IMG/VR virus record: IMGVR_UViG_3300005672_000033
Origin: an uncultured virus (IMG/VR IMGVR_UViG_3300005672_000033)
Lineage: Duplodnaviria; Heunggongvirae; Uroviricota; Caudoviricetes
Direction: 5' to 3' (one strand)
DNA length: 64,000 bases
A model generated the notes under the pieces. It ran no database searches. It was not told where the DNA came from and worked only from the letters and a program-made list of their open reading frames with translations. The translations under genes and the position numbers were made by a program. Of the stretch, positions 38,157-46,838 are shown one piece after another; the stretch's first letter is position 1; every line of letters begins with the position of its first letter.

Positions 38157-38566
38157 TAGAACGTCTCCCCTCGCCGGGCGTAGTTGGGGTCGCGCAAGGG
38201 GCAGCACTTGCTGTGCGGCCCGGGGGCCTTGTCGTGGCCCTTGCACGGGCAATGGGCGAGGAGCTCAGCGCGGTGGAGCAGAAAGCGCGCTGCCTTCTTC
38301 ATGCCCATGGCAGTGAATTTCGCCGCCTCCGAGATCAGGACAAGGGCCGCAGCACGGTCGAGCATCTCCTCGCGCGTGTAGAGCCGCACGATCTTGCCGC
38401 CGCGCCTCTGGGCCGTCGCCTCAGCTGCGTCACGCGACACCCAACGGTACCGACTCAGCATGTGGTTGGTCCACTTGCCCCACGCCGCGATCCACTCGCG
38501 CTCGATGTACGCCTTCTTGTTCACGCGCGACCGGCGCCGCACGTCGCGATAGACAGCGAACCTCAT
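38156..38566 (-). CDS. hypothetical basic protein with Cys/His C-terminus
   Basis: Coupled ORF. Confidence 0.5.
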   Translation of the reverse strand: MRFAVYRDVRRRSRVNKKAYIEREWIAAWGKWTNHMLSRYRWVSRDAAEATAQRRGGKIVRLYTREEMLDRAAALVLISEAAKFTAMGMKKAARFLLHRAELLAHCPCKGHDKAPGPHSKCCPLRDPNYARRGETF

Positions 38567-39207
38567 GTCCAGCCGAACCCTTCCTGATCAGCGTGCGGGC
38601 ACGTGTGTCCGCTGCCGAAAACGCATCGGGTGATCTGTGGACGAATGAAGGCATCGACAGCCGGGCTCCACGCGGGGCACCGAGCGTCACTCCCCGCGAC
38701 GTGGTCGGGGACGTTGAAGATGCCGAGCGCGCCCGGCCGCGTGAGCGCGGGCCACATCGCGGGCGCGTCAGGCGCGGCCTTCATCGGCGGGAACGCGCGC
38801 CGCGCCCCGAAGACCAGGCCGAACCCGTGCATCCACCACCTCAACTCGGCCGCGGTCAGCCCCCGTCGTTGAAGAGCGCCAAGGTTGGCGACCACGCCAT
38901 CGGGTCCGACCTCACCGATGACCTCGACCACGCCGAGGATCCGCTTGTAGGGGACGCGGTCGCGGAGCGGGCCATCGCCCGGAATTGCAGCGTCGAAGCC
39001 CGCGGAGAATCCGCGCTCGTGCATCCACGCCCAGTGCTCCGGGATCCATCTCGAGCTCGCGTGAATGAGCAGCGGGCCGCGGTGTCGGAGGATGTTGCCC
39101 GGGCGGGCGCCGTCGCGCCGGTGACGATTCTCGACGCGCTTCCACTCGTCATCCGACATGGCGAAGATGGCGGAGGCCATGGGTTCGGCCAACGATAGGC
39201 ACTTCAT
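38563..39207 (-). CDS. ASCH-domain protein
   Basis: KCLSLAEPMASAI...KRVENR...HRGPLLIHAS. Confidence 0.7.
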   Translation of the reverse strand: MKCLSLAEPMASAIFAMSDDEWKRVENRHRRDGARPGNILRHRGPLLIHASSRWIPEHWAWMHERGFSAGFDAAIPGDGPLRDRVPYKRILGVVEVIGEVGPDGVVANLGALQRRGLTAAELRWWMHGFGLVFGARRAFPPMKAAPDAPAMWPALTRPGALGIFNVPDHVAGSDARCPAWSPAVDAFIRPQITRCVFGSGHTCPHADQEGFGWT

Positions 39208-39686
39208 CGCGACCTCCCGAGGATCTGGATCAGCCGCTCGGCGTGATCGTCTCGCAACCCACCGCCGGCGGCCCCCGTGGTGCGCACGAAGTACTGCTCG
39301 AGTCCGACTCCAGCGTCGGGGTCATCGTCGACGATGGCGAAGGCCTCCGGCGCCTTGAACGCCGCAGTGAGCCACCGCTTGATCTCGACGTGGCGCTCGT
39401 GGCCCTTGAGCCGCATCGTCTCGCCAACGATCTGCCCGCGGAACCCCATCTCCTCGAGCATCTGCTGCATCTCATAGATGCGGTAGCGGACACGCCAGCT
39501 CGAGGAGATGACGACCTGCGCCCCGGTCTCTTCGAGCACGCGGTTGAGGACGGCCACCCGCTCGGGGTCGATGTGGTCGCGCCAGTCCCATTCGCCGTCG
39601 GCGATCACGATGCCTTTGTCCCTCAGGCGGGAGAGGAACGCGGCCTCATTCAGGACGCCGTCGATGTCGAGAAACAGGGCCTTCAT
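39204..39686 (-). CDS. HAD-family phosphatase (Swiss-Army-Knife RNA-repair-like)
   Basis: FLDIDGVLN, VISSSWR, AIVDDD. Confidence 0.8.
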   Translation of the reverse strand: MKALFLDIDGVLNEAAFLSRLRDKGIVIADGEWDWRDHIDPERVAVLNRVLEETGAQVVISSSWRVRYRIYEMQQMLEEMGFRGQIVGETMRLKGHERHVEIKRWLTAAFKAPEAFAIVDDDPDAGVGLEQYFVRTTGAAGGGLRDDHAERLIQILGRSR

Positions 39687-39837
39687 GGTCTCTCCTCCGC
39701 CTCAATGCTCGTTCGCCGAGTCGTCGGGTCCGTCAGCCACGCGTACACCGCGACGACGATCCACACCGACATCGACGTCGGCCGGCGCAGGTCGCGGACG
39801 ATGATCCGGGCGAGGATGTCGAGGCGGAGCGGCTCCC

Positions 39838-40113
39838 TCACGCGAGCGGCCTCCCACAGAACGGGCAGAACCCGGCGATGAGGTACGTCTTCCTGCGCAC
39901 CACCGCGCCGCGTTTGCCCTTCTTGCCGTACGTGAACCAGATGGGCAGCACCGTGCGCTCCTTGCCAGAGTGCAGGCCTACCGCCGTCGAGAACCCGTCC
40001 CATTGGCCGCTGCCGGGCTCGGCGCCGAGATGCGCCTCGTACTTCTCGCCGAGCTTCTTCATGCAGTCTTCGATGCGATGCGGCTTGGGCGCCGCCTTCC
40101 GTGCAGCGCTCAT
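39838..40113 (-). CDS. hypothetical protein with FCPFCG motif
   Basis: Coupled ORF. Confidence 0.5.
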   Translation of the reverse strand: MSAARKAAPKPHRIEDCMKKLGEKYEAHLGAEPGSGQWDGFSTAVGLHSGKERTVLPIWFTYGKKGKRGAVVRRKTYLIAGFCPFCGRPLA

Positions 40114-40436
40114 CGCCCACCTCGCTTCACGACCTGCCAAGCGCGGTCGCTCAGGGTCCAATCAGACTCACCGTCACGCCCACGCGTCTTCCTGCCCTTG
40201 TGGGTCGTCGAGAGGTGCTCGGCGATCAGAGGATCCCCGCCGGGCCCGATGTACGCGATTCGCACTCGCGTGGTCACGCCCTCGCCGGACTCTTCGAGGA
40301 TGTCACCGGGTCGCACACGCAGACGCCCGTGCGCGGTCTCGTAGGTGTGGGTCCGCGCGGGCACCAGGCAGCGGTGGGTCTGACAGGCGATCTCGGCAGC
40401 GAAGGCAGCTCGTCGCGCTCCGTTATGGGCCGTCAC
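40110..40436 (-). CDS. hypothetical protein
   Basis: GTG at 40436 overlapping the corrected upstream stop. Confidence 0.45.
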   Translation of the reverse strand: MTAHNGARRAAFAAEIACQTHRCLVPARTHTYETAHGRLRVRPGDILEESGEGVTTRVRIAYIGPGGDPLIAEHLSTTHKGRKTRGRDGESDWTLSDRAWQVVKRGGR

Positions 40437-41186
40437 GGCGCCCACCCGCACTTTCAGGCAGCTCTTCGAGTTGACGAACTTGTGGTCGCAGCGCTGGCGG
40501 GCCGGCCGCTCAGGGAATGGCGCGACTAGCGGCGCGACGCGATCGAGCACGAGACGGACCCGTTCGAGGTCGAAGCGGTCCTGGTCGTCGCGCACGCTGC
40601 TCTCCATGTCGATCCAGAACGGAGACGGGCGGGCGAGATGCTGGACGACGTCGACGACGTTGTCGGGGCCGATGCCGCCAGCGAAGCCGAGGTGTAGGCC
40701 GGCGGGGGTCGAGGGCCAGGCCTCCTGCGGCGCGAGCCCGCGCCCGCCGGATGGGTCGAACAGGATGCTCACGTTCTGCATGCCGGCCGCGTCGAAGACG
40801 CAGCTCTTCAGGTGCTCCCTGTCGCGAGCCTGGAGGATGAGCTCGAAGGTTCGCCGGGCGCCGACGACGACGTGGCGCGCCCGAGACTCCCAGCCGTTCA
40901 CCTGGACGCGGCCGAAGTCGAGCAGCCGCGGTTGCGGGTCGCCCGCCATGAAGCGACGTGCCTCGTCACCGCAGAGGTGGGCTGCGAGGGGCAGCGTCTT
41001 GCTGCCCGCCTTGCAGGCCTGAAAGCGGCGCACCCAGGCGGCCGATGGATAGCGCGGCGTACCGGCGCGCTTCGTCGAGAGCAAGAGGGCCCACTCGACG
41101 AAGGGGTAGTCGACGGCGATGCTCATCAGCTCCCACGGGCTGACGGCGTCGTCGGCGCCGGTGATCGTGACGCGGTAGAGGCTCAT
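40433..41186 (-). CDS. phage TIM-barrel protein (phosphoribosylanthranilate-isomerase-like); probable 1-nt frameshift near the 3' end
   Basis: TITGADD, LFDPSGGRG, GFAGGIGPDNV, WIDMESSVR. Confidence 0.65.
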
Positions 41187-41437
41187 TGGTCCGCCAGCCG
41201 GCAAGGGATGGGCAAGCAGTCGAGGCGAAACGGCGCGCGCGGAGCGGGCGGCACGACGTCGCAGAGGCCGTCTCGATGGCACACGACCGTAGCGTCCTTC
41301 ATCTCGACAACCACGAGCCAGGCGCGGGCCCCCTCCTCGAAGGGGCGCGTCGACCGAGTGCGGACGTGGAAGAACCCAACGATGGCGAGCACGCTCACAG
41401 CGGCCGCCATCCAGCCGTAGACCTTGACCGCCGTCAT
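41183..41437 (-). CDS. small membrane/secreted Cys-containing protein
   Basis: N-terminal hydrophobic helix. Confidence 0.5.
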   Translation of the reverse strand: MTAVKVYGWMAAAVSVLAIVGFFHVRTRSTRPFEEGARAWLVVVEMKDATVVCHRDGLCDVVPPAPRAPFRLDCLPIPCRLADQ

Positions 41438-43038
41438 CGCGTCGCTCCCTTCTCGGCCGCCCGCTCGACCTCGCGCTGCACGAGCTCGTCGACGACCCTG
41501 GCGAGCGCCCGGACGTCGCCGATGTAGGCCGCCTCTCCGACGTGGTCGGCGGTTCCGATCCGGAGTGGGAGCGCCGAGGGCGTGTCGGACCCGGTGAGAG
41601 CGGCGAGCCTGGCGGCGGTCGCGGGAGCGGCAGTCAGCTTTTGCCGCAGCCCATCGAGCTTTGCCTCGGCGTTCTTGTCGCCGTTCGCGGCAAGATGGAT
41701 CCACAGCGCGATGACGTGCTCGGGGTCAGGCGTGATGCCGCCGGCTGGAGCCGGGGGCCGCGACCCATAGGTCGAGAACTTGTCGGCGCCGGGGCCAATC
41801 GGGCGAGGGTCGTAGAGAACGGTCGTCGCAATCGACGGGGCACGTGGCAGCAGCTGCGCCTGGGTGAAGCGCATCTCCTCGGTCAGCCAGGCGATCATGC
41901 GCTTGTCCGGGTCCGATGCGGTGCCGAACGACCGCCACTGCTGCAGCGTGCGCTCGTCGATGGGGCAGGGGCGGTCCTCGGCTCTGGGTCGAACCCCGCC
42001 CGGCGCGCGCTCGGCCGCAGCAAGGGCCTCGGCGGGCGGGGCGCCGAGCTCGATGTGGAGCGACGCACCGTTGGCGAGCTCCACCGCCAGCCGCTCGCCG
42101 GCCTTCGTGGCCTCTTCCGCGCGCTCAAGCACGGCGCGCTCGTGGGCAGCGTCGACATCGGGCTGGCCGGAGGGGCGGGCGGAGGCGCTGGCGGGCCCGA
42201 GGTCTTCGATGATGTGAGCGCGGATGCTCCGCGACAGCAGGCTCAGGCACGGGCGCAATACTGCTCGCGCCCGGCGCAAGAGATTCTCTGCCCGCGAGCC
42301 GGCGGGGATCGACCCGACGTTCAACTCGATGGCCTCGTCGATCTCGCGGAGCAGCTCCCACGGGTCTTCGGTACGAGGGCGAGCGCTAAGGCTCTCGGAC
42401 AAGTCGCGCTCACCGGCCGAGGGGCTGTCTTTCGGCCAGAGAGCGTCCCACTGTGCAGCCCGTTCGCGCAGCACGACAAGAACCGACGTGCGCGTGTCGG
42501 GCGTGACGCCGATCTCGAGGATCTCCGCGACCTCGGTCGCGAACTTCGACCAGGCGATGCACTCGGTCTCGAGAGCGTCTCGGTCACGCGCGAGAGCGTC
42601 GATTCGGTCGACCACCTTGCACGAGCCCTGCTCGGGCTCGCTCTCGACGCCGTAGCGGCCGAGTCTCGCCTGGCAGTCGGCGATCTCGGCCTCCCGGTTC
42701 TCCAGCGCGGTCTTGAACCCGTCGCGCTCCGACTCGAGGCGATCGGCTCGTTCGCGGTTAGCAATGGCGTCGGCGAGATTTCGAGCGGAGCCCGTGTAGT
42801 ACAGGCTCGCGATCGCCTGCAGGCACTGGATGCAGGTCACGCCCTCGCTAGCTGGCACCTCCAAATACGCGGGCGTGCGCGGTCGGCCGCAGAGCGTCAC
42901 GATCGAGTCGGCCGTCTCACCGGTGTGCGTCGGTTCGGGTAGGCGGAGTCGCGTCGGCCCTGTCAGCTCCTTGAGGGCGCTGTCGAGGCCTGCGGCGCGC
43001 TTCTTCGAGCCGCGATTGTGAGAAGCCTTTGCGGCCAT
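41434..43038 (-). CDS. large hypothetical coiled-coil protein
   Basis: Long coupled ORF starting MAAKASHNRG. Confidence 0.6.
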   Translation of the reverse strand: MAAKASHNRGSKKRAAGLDSALKELTGPTRLRLPEPTHTGETADSIVTLCGRPRTPAYLEVPASEGVTCIQCLQAIASLYYTGSARNLADAIANRERADRLESERDGFKTALENREAEIADCQARLGRYGVESEPEQGSCKVVDRIDALARDRDALETECIAWSKFATEVAEILEIGVTPDTRTSVLVVLRERAAQWDALWPKDSPSAGERDLSESLSARPRTEDPWELLREIDEAIELNVGSIPAGSRAENLLRRARAVLRPCLSLLSRSIRAHIIEDLGPASASARPSGQPDVDAAHERAVLERAEEATKAGERLAVELANGASLHIELGAPPAEALAAAERAPGGVRPRAEDRPCPIDERTLQQWRSFGTASDPDKRMIAWLTEEMRFTQAQLLPRAPSIATTVLYDPRPIGPGADKFSTYGSRPPAPAGGITPDPEHVIALWIHLAANGDKNAEAKLDGLRQKLTAAPATAARLAALTGSDTPSALPLRIGTADHVGEAAYIGDVRALARVVDELVQREVERAAEKGATR

Positions 43039-43904
43039 CAGCGCACCTCCGGAAACGCGGCGTGCTGCCGCCCATCGAGCATTGGGAGCGAGACGACGTT
43101 CTTCTTCTCGTCGAGCTGCTGCTTGTAGAAGAAGGCCACCCGTTCCTTCGCGCAGTGGTCGCGCAGGTTGCGGACCCACTGCTCGTGCATGGGACGCGGT
43201 CCGTGGCCCGACTCGGCGCCAACTATTAACCAGTCGACGCCGAACCACCACGTCCCACCGTGTCTGGCGATCCCGGGGTCTGGGTGACGCATCCAGCCGC
43301 CGCCGTCCGTGCGTTCGAGCCTTCGCCCACCGAGCCAGAAGCTGATGCCGATGGGCTCGAGCAAAGGCTCAGCCGAGACGAACCGAATAGACGCCGGGCA
43401 ACGCACGAGGTGCGGCAGGCGCTCGTCGGCTCGCTTCTGGTCTTCGACCGTCGTGCCGATCCACACGTTCTCTGGCCACGTCGTGCCCCACGGCACCATC
43501 TGCTTGATGTTCTGTGGCCTCTTCGTGAGCAGCAGCCAGACCAGCCGGGGCGTGGCGCGGATGAGCTCGAAGAGGCGGGCGCGCTCGGCCAGCAGGTCGT
43601 CACGGTCCTCGAACACGTCGGCCATCGAGGCGCAGAAGACGAGCGGCCGGGTCCTATCGATCTTGGCGCGCCGCTCCCACGCGAGGGGCTTTGCCCAATG
43701 GGCATCACCGAAGAATCTGCGCGGAGCCTGCGGGCCCCAGATCTTCAGGCCGAGCCGCTTGGAGAACGTCTCGGCGTAGCAGCCGCCGACGCTCTTGCCT
43801 TCGCCGCAGCCAGGTGAGACGCGCTGGCATCCCCACCAGGGGTTCCAGCTGTAGCCGGGCACGCCGTCGCGGGTGACCCATTCGATCGAAGTGCCCTCAC
43901 CCAT
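43038..43904 (-). CDS. phage Gp37/Gp68 (DUF5131) family protein
   Basis: TSIEW, WNPWWGC..VSPGC...CYAE, SMADVF, LLTKRP, SAEPLL, GAESG, FFYKQ. Confidence 0.88.
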   Translation of the reverse strand: MGEGTSIEWVTRDGVPGYSWNPWWGCQRVSPGCGEGKSVGGCYAETFSKRLGLKIWGPQAPRRFFGDAHWAKPLAWERRAKIDRTRPLVFCASMADVFEDRDDLLAERARLFELIRATPRLVWLLLTKRPQNIKQMVPWGTTWPENVWIGTTVEDQKRADERLPHLVRCPASIRFVSAEPLLEPIGISFWLGGRRLERTDGGGWMRHPDPGIARHGGTWWFGVDWLIVGAESGHGPRPMHEQWVRNLRDHCAKERVAFFYKQQLDEKKNVVSLPMLDGRQHAAFPEVR

Positions 43905-44558
43905 CGGCCCACCCCTTCATCAGCTTGGCCAAGCCGCGCAGCGCGGCGGCGTTCATTCGGCCCGCGATGCGGAGCACCCAGCGCGGCCCATCGGGCGTGT
44001 CCTCGCGCTGCATCTCCAGCCGCTTCAACGTCTCCCCGCAATGCGGGCAGGCGATCGGCTCGTTCACCTCGGGGTCGCGCTTACCCACGTCCAACCTCCT
44101 TCAGCGCAACCGCCGCTTTCCGCTTCGCCCAGCGCTCGCGACGTCTCTGGTCGAGTTGCGTCCCGAGGTGCGCCCGCGCGCGCTCGAGCGCCTGGCGTTC
44201 GCGCCCCGGCGTATGCGCCGAGTACAGCGCTTCGCGAATCACTCGAAGGACTGCGCGGAGCTCGTATTCGGTCACCGCGACCGCCTCCAAAGCCACACCA
44301 GAAGCGCGCGGCCCTTCTCGGTTGGCGCGAGATACCAGCCGTCGTCTTCCTTCCGGTGGCTGCCGACGACGAGCCCTTGCCGGGCGAGCGACTTGGCTGC
44401 CTCGGTCTGACGTTTCGTGAGCGAGGTTCCCCATCGACCGAGGTGTGGCGCCTCCCTCCCAGTGGCCGGCCCCGAGAGCACCAGCTCGCCAATCCACTGC
44501 ATCAGGAAGCGCTCGTCTGTGGACAGGCGCTTCCAGGTGGGAGGGCAGGACCGGAGGT

Positions 44559-45134
44559 TCATCGCCCCACGCTCCTCGCCGCCAGCACGCGCCATCCGGC
44601 CTCGACGCATTGGTCCGCGACCTCCGGCACCGTGGTCCACCGGGGCACCCCGAGTTCGTCGAGTTGCTGCTCGAGGAAGCCGGCCGCGAGCAGCGCGGCG
44701 ACGTGCGGCTCCAGGTCCTCCTCGGTCGCGTACTCGATGGCCCGCGCGATGTCGGTGAGCGATCGGTGCTCGGGCCAGCACGCCTGCAGCTCGTCGAGGA
44801 TGTCGACTCGGACCTCGATGGCTTGGGCGTCGACGGCCCCGCCGTTCGTGTGGTGGTCGCGAGCGTCGATCGCGTTGAGCGCGAGCCCCACCGTGTAGCC
44901 CTGGTGATCGAGCAGCCAGCGGATCACGGCCGCGTGCTCGGCCTCGGCGCCCTCGACGCGGGAGTCGGCGGCGACGCGCTCGAGCTGCGGCAGCACCTCG
45001 CGCAGGACGTCGACGACGTGGTCGGCGGCGCGCTCGGATCGCTCTCTGGCCTCGCGCGTGTAGCCCAAGCCGCGCCGTGCCTCGATGGCGGCGTCGTGTG
45101 CGGCGAATAGGTCTTTGAGCGTGGTGGTTCTCAT
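44559..45134 (-). CDS. hypothetical protein with possible winged HTH
   Basis: RBS GAGGA; ILDEL...SLTDIARAI...L..AGFL. Confidence 0.5.
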   Translation of the reverse strand: MRTTTLKDLFAAHDAAIEARRGLGYTREARERSERAADHVVDVLREVLPQLERVAADSRVEGAEAEHAAVIRWLLDHQGYTVGLALNAIDARDHHTNGGAVDAQAIEVRVDILDELQACWPEHRSLTDIARAIEYATEEDLEPHVAALLAAGFLEQQLDELGVPRWTTVPEVADQCVEAGWRVLAARSVGR

Positions 45135-45652
45135 GTCGTCCTCAGAAAGGAACGCAGTCGCAGGTGCCGGGACCGGAGCCCTTGGGCCTCTTGCAGTGGT
45201 CGCACCGCCGGATGGTCATCACGCCGCAGCGGATGCACCGGGCCGACTCGTCGGTGGTGTGCTCGTAGAGGTGGCCCCAGCGCGCGCATGCCTGCCTGGC
45301 CACCGCTTCGGCGAACGCGCAGGCGGAATCGGCGAGAACCGCGAGGTCCTCGTCGCAGTACGTACGCGACCCGCGAACAAGCGCGGTCAATGCGGCGGCT
45401 GCGAAGTGGTCCCTGGGCGTCATCGGGCCATGGCCTCCGCCGTGCCGTTGTCGTTGGCGATCGTCGCCCAGTCGGCGAGCTCGGAGGTGAATCCGTACCG
45501 AACGCAGATGTTGCGATGCTCGTCCTCGAAGAGGGCGGCGCGCCCCAATTGGCCCTCGGCTCGGAGCTCCCGAGCCCACCGAGCGAAGTCGCGGGCATCG
45601 CGACGGAGGCGCGAGCGAAACGCGGCTCGCGCCTTAGCGTGGGCCGAGCGGC

Positions 45653-46198
45653 TCATCGCGGGTTTCTCCCCTCGGGCGTCCGAAAGTCGCCACCAAAGAA
45701 GGCCTCGGCCGCCTCGCGGAGCTCTTGGCTGTCGTCCGCGCTGGCATCGCAGAATTCGGCCGCGGCGGCGCGAATCTCTTGGATGTCCGCCACCGCGGTG
45801 GCGTCCTGGAGTCGGAGCATGGCGTGGTCGGCGCGGTAGATCGGCTTCCCGTTCGGGTCGTCGACGGTGAAGCGCCGGATGGCGGCGAAGAGACGGTGCT
45901 GCGGGCTCGACGTGCCACCGGTCACGCCGTAGGCACGCGCGAGCGCATCGCCGACAGGCGTCTCGTAGCCGTAGTCGCCGGGCGCGCCGAAGGCCGCGTG
46001 GAGCTCTTGGACCGTGCGCCCGCGGGTGAGCCGGCGCAGGCACCCGAGGAGCGCGTGCGACAGGCGCAAAGAGTCGGCAATCGCCTCGAGGTCGTCGCTC
46101 GCGTCAGACACCACGCGGAGGCGATCGATCGCGTCGCGCACCGCTCGCTCCTCGTCGTAGATCGCCTTCTCGAGCGGCGTCATGGCGGGCTGGTTCAC
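45653..46198 (-). CDS. hypothetical protein
   Basis: Coupled ORF containing FGAPGDYGYETP. Confidence 0.5.
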   Translation of the reverse strand: MNQPAMTPLEKAIYDEERAVRDAIDRLRVVSDASDDLEAIADSLRLSHALLGCLRRLTRGRTVQELHAAFGAPGDYGYETPVGDALARAYGVTGGTSSPQHRLFAAIRRFTVDDPNGKPIYRADHAMLRLQDATAVADIQEIRAAAAEFCDASADDSQELREAAEAFFGGDFRTPEGRNPR

Positions 46199-46397
46199 CG
46201 CGCACCGCCGATCTGCGCGACGGCGGCCGCGCGCCGCTGCATCTCGGCACGCGTCTCGATCGGCGGGACACCGGCGAGGGCGAAACTGTCGCCCACCCGG
46301 CGGATCGGGGCGCCGCAGAAGCAGCACCGGACCTCGATGATGTGGAACAGGGTGACGTCGATGCCGCAGCAAGGGCACGGCGCCGTGGTGTGCGTCT

Positions 46398-46838
46398 TCA
46401 TGGTCCCTCCGGACGCGGACCGGCCACGTCGGCTGACGGTTCGTTGCAGAGCGCGCGGAGCGCCTCCTCGTGGGTCGCGTAGCGCTCATCTGCGAGCGTT
46501 TCGAAGATGCTCCCGCGGGTGCCCGAGACGATGACCCGCACGGGCGGGAGCCCACCTCGCCGCAGGGAGAGGGCGGCGCCGAGCTCGATCCACGCGCCCA
46601 CGCTCTGGTTCTTCGGGACCATGAGCCAGAACACTTCCGCGCTCTCGACCCCATACAGGTCGGCCTCCGCGGTGCGCGCTTGCTCCTCGTCCGTGAGCTC
46701 GCCCTCGGGAACGGAGCAGCTACGGATCTCAGAGCACCAGTCGTGGCTGATGGTCCAGCCATGCCGGCGCAGCTCGGCGACGTAGCCCTCGACCAGGTCG
46801 ATCTCCTTCGAGGCCCCGGCGACGTAGATGATCTTCAA
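46398..46838 (-). CDS. nucleoside 2-deoxyribosyltransferase-like protein
   Basis: IYVAG...HDW...ADLYGVESA...SVGAWIELGAA. Confidence 0.65.
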   Translation of the reverse strand: MKIIYVAGASKEIDLVEGYVAELRRHGWTISHDWCSEIRSCSVPEGELTDEEQARTAEADLYGVESAEVFWLMVPKNQSVGAWIELGAALSLRRGGLPPVRVIVSGTRGSIFETLADERYATHEEALRALCNEPSADVAGPRPEGP

